Shown here piece after piece: positions 1-10,861 of a stretch of 64,000 nucleotides of DNA. The notes beneath the pieces were generated by a model. The model made no database searches. It saw only the letters and a program-made list of their open reading frames with translations, and was not told the origin of the DNA. The stretch is from Ascidiella aspersa (lineage: Eukaryota): assembly GCA_963924565.1 (NCBI GenBank), contig OZ004611.1, positions 23,808,001 through 23,872,000 of the forward strand, written 5' to 3'. How positions within the stretch are numbered: position 1 is the first letter of the stretch; each line of letters begins with the position of its first letter. The translations under genes and the position numbers were made by a program.

Positions 1-168
1 AAGATTGTTAGAAAGTATTGCGCGAAGCAAATATTGTTTTGTTGGGTTTAAAATTGCGACAAAATAATTAGTCGAAAACGCAAAGAAAATTTGTTTACTG
101 GTATGGCGTTTTGGCAAACATTTTTCACTGGAACGCCAATCCGAATTTATTTCTCTCCTGGTACATAC

Positions 169-3100
169 CCTCAAATGGAAATCGAATGACAGTCGATGGG
201 TCGAAGCGATTCGGGTAACTAAAAGCTTGGTTGTTTTTCGGCATCGCAAACCTGAGTTTTTCCTTCATTCCTCTTCGAAATAAAATATTCTGAACTACAA
301 AAATTATATTTGCTAGGGCAAAACAGTGGAAAAGAAAAGTAATACATTTGGGTGTCGCAAACTTTTCAAAAGATTGACCTATTTCGAAACACGTAAACTA
401 AAAGTAATATTATTGTATCGTTCGCCAATATACACGTGCGGCCGTGCGCGATTGTAAAATCGATAAACTTTTTTATCTCTAAGTTCTTGAAAGAAAGAAT
501 TATGTCAAACCTTGACTTTCTGTAATTTATAAGATCATTTGGATACGAATTATTAAGTCATTTGGTGTTAATTCAGTATTTAAATACAGGTAATAACGTT
601 GTCAAATTTTGAAAGGGATAGTGAAAATCCATTATGCTTTTCTCGTGGTTAGCGTCAACATAAAGATTTAAACCTTGACAAAATAAAACTGCGAAAACAC
701 ATATTCATTTTAGTTCTCAGGTTAATGTTGTGGCAATCAAACAAACAAAGATAACATACATTGCTATTTGTACTGTTTTTAACAAAATTTACCAAGTGCG
801 ATTATTTAACTGGGTGGCGTACCCTATACACTTTAGTGACAGCTTACCTGAACAGCTGAACTGGCGGTCTTGTGAGTTTTCAAGAATACGAGATTTTTCT
901 TGGGCATCCGGCGTCTTCTTACGAGGTCCGCTGCCCCTCTACAGAGTTGAACATATTACCCGTTAATTGGTGTTTGTCGCATTCGAATTTTGCAACGAAA
1001 CTGATGAACAATTAAGCAAATGTATTGTATTAATTTATCGCTATTATACAACTGAAGGCAATTTTTGTTTTTTCCAAGCGCGATTCTTGCGAAACCCAAT
1101 ATTTTTATTGCCTGGTGCAGAACAAAATTTTCGAGGAAGAAAATTTGTTGTTTTTAGACTGAATGTCTTATCTAAGAATTTCATAGTTAACCAGTAAATT
1201 ATCGTGAAAACCATATTAAGAGCAGTGCAAGATTCCAGTTACAGATCCACGCATGTTTTGGTTTGCTTTAATTGTTTTACCTTACCAGCTCCGCTTCATA
1301 GAAGTCGACAGAGACTACCCAACCGGTGACATCACGTCTTGCGCGGTCCTTCCATATCACGTGACGTGCCAACTCACCAAATTCTGAATCGACGGTGGCG
1401 ATTTTCTTTAAGTCGATTAAGTGGCCGTTCACAAATTCTAAGCTTAACTTCGACAGATGTGTATGGACGTTTCTAAGAAAAATCAAGTTTAGCATGCAAT
1501 TGATCACATAACTGCAGTGTTCTGGGCTTTGTATTAAGTGGTTTTATATCAGGGTTTCTTAAACATTTTGTTTCCCGTCCCTTCTAGTTCGCGGTTGACC
1601 TAATACCTTTTACAATCACTAATCCATTTAGTTCAAAATATTGTCTGTATGATGCAAAAGGCGATATATAGCTAGGGTTTCCATAATAACTTAAACACCG
1701 CAAAGAATATAGTAGCGAATAATGCAAAATACGGTTGGTTTGGTATCTGTTGTTTTTTAGGTAAACGTTAGATTGGCAATATAATATATAAAATACAGAA
1801 CGCGCGATAGAGTACTGTTCATAGGTTTGAGTTCAGTGTTGCTTAAAACTTATGTGAGTGCCTATTCAGCCACACATTAAAATGTCCAATGTGTGTAGTT
1901 GATGCTGCCATGCAGGGCCGCCTAAAACGCCAAAGGGGCTCCAGCAATAAGACCCAAATAAATTAAGCACATTTGGGAATAAAACCAGAATATGACTAAC
2001 AGCTAGGAAGCAGGTCGAAATAGGGATAATACTTAAACTGGTCAAAATAAAAACCTTATACCCTCTATAAGTCTCCCCCAATTTAAGAACCCTTGCTTTT
2101 AGTTTTTTTTAACTTATATTTGGTTATTTTTGAGTGTTATATATATATGTATAAAATCCTATAATTTCAAAAACCATTAACTGTTTTACTAACTCTGTGG
2201 TAAGGACGGCTCCCCAAATGTTTCCGCTGATTCCTCGAAGAATCGGTGTCCACTTTTTAGGGTCTTCAGAAATTTTATCGTCTACTACGATGATTTCTGC
2301 TGGAAATTCTACTTTCGGTCTGCAAATAGATTAGGGCAGTGCTTCTTAACCCATGGGCAGTGACCCAAAACTATGGGTGGCCAACAGTTTCCATGGTCAG
2401 ATTTATTAAGATTGGTTCTTAGCATGATTTCTGCGAAATTTGAGAAAATTGCAGTAGATATACGAAGAAATGGACTATAATATTAAATTCAAACTTAATA
2501 ATGATTATTGGTGTTTCATGTTGTGTTCGCTTGCAAAACGTTTGGTGAAATATTTGCGTTACCAAAGATTCTCTGTTATACTTGCGTTAGCATTAGGGCC
2601 GTCCCGAAAAAAAAAGAATAAAAAGAAAGGTGAAACCGTGCTTCCTATATTATTGTGGCTTAGTCGTTATAGTTTTAAATGATAGAGTGGAAATCAGTAC
2701 TCTCCAAATACCTTCCATTCTTGCATTGAAACAGCCAACGTTCTAATATCAGAGAGTTTCTTCGCGCCAAAATAATTCCCATGCCTGTAAAATAAACATG
2801 TAGATAGACAAAAGTGTTTTCTAGAATGTTTAAAAAAACAATTTTTTGTAGAGAAGTGTAATAATATTGTTAAAAAGATTATGTTCAAGCAAAAGTGAAC
2901 GAATTCGAATGCTAAACTTATTCAAAGGCTATGGAAAACTTTCTTCAGTCTTCATTAAACATCCTGACAATAATTCTTTCTCAACCACAAGGCAAACCTT
3001 AAATAGTATTTTACTAGCAGTTATCTAATTTATATAATGAATAGCGTGGTTTAAAAATTTTATTTGTAATGCGCTTATTTTTTAAATTTACAAAATTTTG

Positions 3101-6100
3101 GTGCACAAAAAATCCTTTCAAGCACACTGATGTGCCACGGCACTCAACTTGAAAACCACTGTTAAACAGCAATAATTTAGCAAGAAATTAGAACGGTTGA
3201 AATGTGCAAAAAAATGGTCATTTACAAACCGACTGTCGTTGTCACTACGCTCATTTCGGCGTTTCTGTATTTCTCCAAGTTTTCAAAAATCACCACGTCG
3301 TTGCTGTATGCAATTCCACCGACTTCAACAAGAATTTCCAATCTAGCAATGAGAATTAGGTGTTGAAGGTCCTGAAATGGAACCAAAATCAGCTCGCTCC
3401 AGATTAAGGGGATATGAATATAAATAAAACTATAAATTTGGCAACACAATAATTTCACACATATTATTTTTCTGGCTTGCAAACGTTAAGCTTAGTGCGG
3501 TTGAAACATGTCCAAGCAGCTATAACAAAAATTCCGTTTATTATGGCCGCGTAAAGGTGTATTAAATTAAAAAGAATCGCAGCCTAAACCGTTTCGTAGC
3601 CCTGCTTTAGAATCAGGTCGCCTTTACGCATTTATTGCTTATGCTGAACTTGTAGTTAAACCTTGAAATATTTTTTTACCATAACCTGTTTGTTTAACTC
3701 TAGAAAATACTATTCTGACTAAAAAAATACTTTTTTAATTTAAAAAAAAGTCCTCCTTTAAAAATTATCTATTTGTTAAATAGCAAGTTACTATGTTTAA
3801 ACTTAAAGAAAGCTAACACCGAACTATATTTAGCTTAACTCTTACCTCGTAACTGGTCGGTGGCATTCTTTCTACAATCCTTAACTGGTCACGGGCAATC
3901 TGCTTTAGTGCAAACCAAAAATATCCTTTAGGTTCGCAATCGGTGTGAAAGAGCATGACGCGTGGTTTCTGATATCTCAAGACTGACAGAAACCTGAAAA
4001 AAAAAATTCTTTTGCTATCCACCGGTCCGACATTCGTTATTTGAGAAAAAAAGCCCAATGTTCATTATTGTAAAGCATTGACTTTCGATGTACTGCGATG
4101 ACTTTTGGCGTACTAATGAAAGGTAAGCCGTAATTGTTGGTCAAAAAGGAGCTTCAGAAGGGCTAGATCTCAGTTATTGAACACATATGTGTGTGTATCT
4201 TATGCTAAACGTTTATTGATGTTCTCATTTTTTAAAGCTTTACTTAAATCGATAACATCTTTGTAATGTGGCTTTTGTCTTGTAAATATAGCTAAAACTT
4301 TTCACGCAAACAAAATTGATGCATTGTACGGCTGAACGTTAATTTTTATGAAGTCACGTTTGTACGTAACTAATTGAGGTCACGTTTTGACGTAACTTTT
4401 AACGACATCTCTTTAAATAATATTCTTGGTCTTTAAACAAACACCTTGCATCATCCCGTGCTAGATAGATTAAACGGAACTTTATAGTTTTTAGTACGTG
4501 CTTTGGTAAACTTTCGCAATTGCCTAGCCGGGATACCATAATGTATTTTAAACAGTTTAAACAGCATTGGCTAACCTGGTATGAGCGTTTATCATGTTTG
4601 AGATGTCTTATGTCTAATCATAAACACTTACTTATTAGGAGAACAGCTCTAAATGTAAAAACACATCCCCTAAGAACGAAAACGATCAAAAAATAACATA
4701 TTTGCAGTTTTCTGGTTAAATGGCAGGATTTTGTTGCAAAATTTAACGGAGTTTTATATTAATGGTTGAATGCTTATTTGCCGCTGTCATGCAATGCAGT
4801 CGAACTATTTATTTTAATTGTAGTATTTCTTGTTTTAAGTTTATTTTTCGTTATACTAGTTGCTATAACATTAATGGTTTGAAATATTTCGTTATACGTT
4901 TAATTCTTTCGCAATCAGGACCAAAACTATACCTTTTAAAGCATATTTAAAACAAACATGAAAGAAAACTTACGCCATGTAGTTTTGCGCACTAAAGGGC
5001 ACACAACCAAATAGGACGAAGTGGCAAATGTTCGGGACCCTCGTCTGTTCGTCCACCAGCTCTACCGCCACCTCGTGGATCTAATTAAATATAATCATTC
5101 GGCATTTTGCAAATTAATAACGCCCCCTATTCCACGAAGTGTGCCCTGATGATCCAATGGTAGGGTTGCAAACGAGTATCTTTACATTGAGTCAAGTTCC
5201 AGTGAAGTCATTCTCAACAACCAAAAATTTCAAGACTTTGTTTACTAATGTCAAGTCCCTGTTCAGGTCATGCTATATCAAATCAATTCCAAGTCAAGTC
5301 CGTATAGCTGAAATAAATATTTTCATTAAAAAAATTGGTGAATTATTCCATATCTAGTATTATTTCACCTTAAGCAACAAAAAACTAAGTAGCAAAAAAA
5401 GAAAAAAACTCCTCGTAACAAAATTGTATTTAACTTGAACACTTAAATTTATTTTACGTCTTTTGCCAATTGACTGAGTTTCAAGTCATGTTAAGTTAAG
5501 TAACTATACCGGAAATACTTCAGTTTAGTCATTAAATTATAATGAATTTACTGCACTTTTAAGCATTAAAGTTTAAATCATTACAACACTGTCAAACGGA
5601 ATGCAATATTGTTGTTTCTTCTTGTGGTCTGAAGGTTCAATCTGTTTATAGCTGTCGCACCAATATCATTTTATTTAGCCTATCAGTTTATTAATTATGA
5701 CCGGTAGACAAACTCATAATGATAACAGGTTGAGTGTCCTGTAGGTCTAAAGTTTACGCGACGTTTTTTGTTTTGCATAGTAAAATGCCGCTTAGCTACT
5801 CTGCATTAAACATTGAAACTTCGACATGTGCTTGTAACCCACTGTAAATCAATCCAAAAAATTCGCCAGATAGGAAACATACAACTGAATACTAACGTGG
5901 CTTATATATTACATATTTACTGAAACAAAGAGTTAAGCCTGATATAGCCCGTCAACTGTAAATTATTATTGATATATATTTATGTCGGTATTTGTGGCCT
6001 AAATTGGTTTCTTAACCTTATCTTCCGGCGACTAGAATCCAAAAGACTGGTTTACACTAGACGCGTTAACGTCTAGCGTTAGCGTCTGGCGTCTAACGGC

Positions 6101-7816
6101 TAACGTCGTCCAGTTCACACATAACGCGTTGCCAGCGTTAACGGCAAATTTTCTCGCTTCTAACCGAAAGCGTCAAAGTTGAAATCTTTCAACTTTAACG
6201 CAACCGAAAGCGTTTTTTAAAACGTTTTACGTTAACGCTAGACGCGTCTAGTGTGAACCAGCCTTAAGAGTAAATAAAACAGCTAAGCCTTGGCGACACG
6301 ATTCTCAACAGTGTTTTTGTAAGCGAACAAACCACATAGCATTTGCACAAATAAGTTGGAATTTAATTAATATTAGCCATGTCTAACTTTTACTATTTTA
6401 ATTTTGAAGAAATCTTTCTCAAAACCAATATCAATAAATCGAAATATATACTAAGGTAGCTGACCCAAAAAATCAAACGGCGGTCAATTTCGGGCCACGA
6501 CCTAAAGGTTGCGAAACACTGATCTTAATTACCTTATTTCCAGCCACAGCAGTTAGGCCGCCTTGGACCAAATTTGTGTAAGTCAGCCAAAGGTCCACAG
6601 TTAGAGTACTTCAAATTGAAATTTAATGCACAAAATAAATTGTATACCATTTAAAAATTTTAACAAGAAAAAAGATTCAGGTATTTCACTTTTTTACAAG
6701 GATTGGATATCTGTAAGCATTGGCTATCGCGGGTCAAATAGAAAATTTTGCGTCAAACTTCAATTAATTAATTAATTATCATTAAATGAGGAAAGTATAA
6801 ATAACTATTTTTACAACCTGTTTGGTAAATAAATAGTCTCATTTTAAAATTCCGTGAAAATTAAGTTTGAAATCGCATCCGACAATATTTCTCTATATAT
6901 ATCTTATGAGGAAAGTATTTAGTTGGGCTTATGGAATTAGCTCGGCGATCTTTGTGTCTATAAAATTCAGTAACCTTACATCTTCCAGGACATTAAAGCC
7001 AGGTTGGTTCTCCTCTTCTTCTTGAATGGTCGTTTCTACTTTAACTTGCATTCGAGGGATTTTATGATATTTCTGAAACATTAAAGATATACCACTGATG
7101 GCAGTATTATCTAGTTTAAAATCAATTGCATTGACAACAAATAATAAAACCAAAAAAGTAAATGAAGTGTATTTACATAGTGAGTTAGATAAAAATATAA
7201 TTTACTGTGTCTGAAGCATTAAACGCGTCATAATAACTGTTATACATCAAGAATAAGCCCTTTTATTGTCGGACGCGTGCCAAATGTGGCAGGCGGCCTA
7301 ATAAAAAATGGCACGCAAGCCCCCCTAAAAACTTAATTTGTTATTCAGCCAATTGTCAAAAAATACTTAATATTTTGTACAGTAAATTGTCATTGTTTAT
7401 TCACAATATAAAACAATCGCGGCAATCACGACAACTAACAATTAGTTCTAATATACTAACATTACATTGTAGTGGAGTCTATAGCATTTACATAATCATT
7501 AAGTTTGGTGTGAAGAAACAAGAAGCAAAAGTCGGTCACCGATGGACGCTTAGATGCAGTAATACGCATTTCTACAACACGTTTTTATTGTTTGTAAAAA
7601 AACGCTTTTATTATTAGAAAGAATTAGTTACTAAACTTTGGCACGGGAAGAAGTTATAGGATAAAAATTGGAACGTCGGCATGTTTGAGTTGGACACCCC
7701 ATATTTAAACAGAAACTCACCTCAAAGTCCTTTTCACGATAAGTAGCGGTGAAATACGTACTAGCAGCAAGGAACAAAATCACGATCCACAGCATGATCA
7801 GTTTTGACCGAAACAT
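169..7816 (-). CDS. Type II membrane GT32-like (A4GALT/A4GNT family, degenerate) glycosyltransferase fused to galactose-3-O-sulfotransferase; 3' end lies beyond the left edge of the window
   Basis: Phase-consistent GT-AG exons: 7816-7721, 7072-6980, (optional 6608-6533), 5080-4974, 3993-3846, 3371-3230, 2784-2712, 2319-2194, 1472-1281, 938-848, 289-169. The translation begins MFRSKLIMLWIVILFLAASTYF (signal anchor). GT32-like motifs follow: VPNICHFVLFG, FHTDCEPKGYFW, ARLEILVEVGGIAYSNDVV, GIILARRNSLILERWL, DSEFGELARHV. It then reads NLVFLKTHKTASSAVQNILFRRG...FAMP...FSYP, the GAL3ST 5'-PAPS-binding signature. Confidence 0.8.
6045..6263. mobile_element. PIF/Harbinger-like MITE (palindromic)
   Basis: Terminal inverted repeats (TIRs) GACTGGTTTACACTAGACGCG / CGCGTCTAGTGTGAACCAGCC. 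The interior is rich in AACG/CGTT repeats and the right flank is TTA. Confidence 0.65.
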
Positions 7817-8454
7817 CTTGCTTTTAATGCTTTTTTGTTCTGCCTTATGACAACCTAGCATTTTCTTAGCTAAGCTTGAATGGGCAATGTTCATTTTGTG
7901 CCTCTTAAACGCTATCTTTGTTGCTTTTCAGTATTGTACTAAAGGTTCACACCATCTTGCTATATCGTCAATGAAACTGCAGTGTAGTCATTGTAATTAA
8001 TCCACAAGTTACCTAAATATTTTAAAGAATCTATCTACCAAAGATAACAGATTTGTAAATATACTCAACACCTTGCAAATAATGACAGTTGCACGAATCT
8101 AATCCAACTTACTTTATAGCGAAGCATGGCTAAACCGTTTTCCATCACGGTTTACGTTCCCACGTTAAACCGTCATGTTTTACGATAATGCAAAGCAATA
8201 CTACTTCCGAGATGCTATGTTAACAAAGTTCCAGTTGCAGCCTTTGTCATAACTATTTCTAAAGGGCCGAATATGAACGACAAATGTAAACAATGTAACG
8301 TTTAAACCAGTGGTGCATTTTTTATTCAAGGCACCATTCACCAAAGACAACTATATAGATTGCGGCACACTTACATGCCTTTTTACTAAGTGACCACTGT
8401 AATGCAGGGGTTCACAACTTTTTTGTAGTCGCAACCCCTCTTTCCAGTTTTCGA

Positions 8455-8872
8455 CAGTAATGTAAACAAGCCATTTTAAGACTTAAGTCTAATTCAAGTC
8501 ATTTTTAAAAACAACATAAGTCAGAGGCTTTTGGGGTAAATAAGTCAAGTCATAATTAGAGCAAGTATATTTAAAGTCAAGTCCTTGTCAGTAAAAATTA
8601 ACGGTAAACTATTAAATTTGGTATACTCTTCCGATTATGAGCGATAACTCAACTAAAAAATGACTCAAAACGCAACATTTAGTGGCAAGCTTATTGTTTT
8701 TCATGCATAAATTGAGATAAAATACCAAATTTTACAAAAATAACTATTCATGAAAACACTTCATTTCAACTCAAGTCATTTGTCCAACAAACTTAAATCA
8801 AGTCAAGTCCTTTGAAAACAGTGATTTAAGCGCACTTAGATCAAGTCATTGACGTAGGTCATTACAACACTG
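8455..8872. repeat. Copy of an AAGTCA/TGACTT-rich dispersed non-autonomous DNA transposon family
   Basis: Many AAGTCA motifs and a ...TTACAACACTG terminus. Similar copies lie at about 5190-5590, 13400-13570, 16937-17403, 25700-26080 and 59725-59940. Confidence 0.6.
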
Positions 8873-8904
8873 GTTTTTCGAAATCATCCACAAACCCCCA
8901 TATT

Positions 8905-9180
8905 TGTAGGGGTTAGAAATTGGGTTAGGGTTAAAATTATTAAGGTATTTAGTCATGTAGCCTACTTGGAATTTGAGATTAGGTAAAATATTGTATACAG
9001 GCTTGATACTGACCATTTATGTCTTAAATGGTCAGTATCAAGACTTAAACCGACGGCTTTCGGAGTTATTCCTATTTGGACGATTTTTAGTCTTTTAGGT
9101 CAGCCCTATTTTGGTCTTTTTTAAACTATGTTTTTTTTCGACGTTGATGTTGTTATTATTTCGGTCTTATGGCTGGAGTC
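8905..9180 (-). repeat. Dispersed repeat with (AACCCT)-like subrepeats and an internal hairpin (Helentron/HINE-like)
   Basis: Reverse-complement similarity to about 11845-12110 and 27890-28085 (ATAAGACC...AAATAGGACTAA...AACCCCACCC). Perfect 18-bp hairpin CTTGATACTGACCATTTA/TAAATGGTCAGTATCAAG at 9002-9042. The family assignment is tentative. Confidence 0.45.
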
Positions 9181-9658
9181 CGTATTTTTTTATGCTTTTA
9201 AATTCGTTGGGTAATATGTTTTTCTCGCACTTCGCAAGATTGGACTTTGATCGATTTTTATTATTGGAATGTTAACATAAGTAGCATAATATAATAATCT
9301 TTTCACCATAATAATAATCTTTTCACCATAATTTGGGAACTACTGGTTTATTCAATGCGATATAGGCCTAAAAGGCTATCTTTTTATTGTTTAGTTCATG
9401 GAAAACATCAGCAAGTTCAACCCATAAACATTAGTACATACTGATTTGTTGTTGAAAATTCATTTTAAACTCTTTTTTTTTTCGTTGTGAAAATGGTGCC
9501 AATGACAGTGCCGTTATCAAGACATTTTAAGGTTGAATCTAATTAAATTCGTATTCAACAAACACCATATCGCAGTTCAAGTCATTTAAATTACAAGTAA
9601 CATCAATTGCCCCGGGAAACAGTTGAGAAATTGTATTAATGTAACAGTTTGTCTAGAC

Positions 9659-9956
9659 CAGTACTTTTCAACCCGTGGGATGGGACGCACTGGAAAAAAA
9701 AAGTGCGGATAAAAAAATTGTAATGCGGATGACAAACGTCGTGCGGATGAAAATGGTGCACATTATTATTTTAAAATATGTGTAATACAGTAATCAAATA
9801 AGCTGGTGCGGCACACGGTTTTAATACATATACCCTTTTTTTGGTATTTCACAAATTAAACTAAAGGTTGCAAACTTACTGTGCTTGTTTCGTGAGGATG
9901 GAACTTTTCCGAAATAAAAAAGTGCGGATGGAAATTTTTAAGGTTGAAAAGCACTG
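9659..9956. mobile_element. hAT-family MITE with perfect 8-bp TSD
   Basis: TIRs CAGTACTTTTCAACC / GGTTGAAAAGCACTG. TSD GTCTAGAC at 9651-9658 and 9957-9964. Internal GTGCGGAT repeats. Confidence 0.85.
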
Positions 9957-10861
9957 GTCTAGACTAAATGACCAAACTAAAATTCAAGTATTTCTTTTCC
10001 TGAAGACCTGGATCAAGTCAATAAATCATAAGCGCCATTAAACCAAGTCTTTATAACACTGGTTAACAGCGTGTTGTTGCAATGCCTATCTTTCTTTTCA
10101 ATATCTATTACGGACACGTGCAATGAAAAACCGCAAATCATCTTAGAAATCCAGCTTCCGGATTAGTTTCCTTCATGAATTATAAGCTATTACTGCTAAC
10201 ACTCACTACACGTAATAACTCATAAAACTTGTAGTACAAACCTCTGGTGCTAAACAAGTAGTCGTACAAAACTGAAACGTATTTCAGATTTTCAGATATG
10301 ACGACGTAACTTAAAATAATTCTGTTGGAACAAATTTTCAATTTGCTAACTGCTCTCAGTTCTAAATGGGAACATTGTAAACATGAAAAGTTCAGCTTGT
10401 TACAAATTGTTTGGGAGTGGTGTGTTATAATAGAGGACGCTGTGGGGTTTAACCAGGGCTTGTTCCAGTGTTTACTTTATGAATCGTCAAACATACTTAA
10501 ACCATTTAGCCACGTTGTCAATATGTAGGCAAATAATGTGTTGACATTGCATTAGTTTAAAACAACGTTTGGTTTAAAACAACGTTCGCTCGGCTCAGTT
10601 AGTTATAGTGCACTTCTTAGTTTAGCAATATAACACGGACGCCTTCGTTAAATCTAAGTGTACCTGTACGGTATACAAAACGAGACCCGATACATAGCAA
10701 GTAAATTGTTTTTGCCTTTTTCGCCCGGAGGAAATTCTTTACACACGCGAAGGTTTTCAAGCTATCCATGCGCATACATTAACACACAAATATATATAGG
10801 CAATAGGTAAACGATTATATTCAGCATTTAGCTTTGCTAAATATGTGCACTGTGTATAGGG

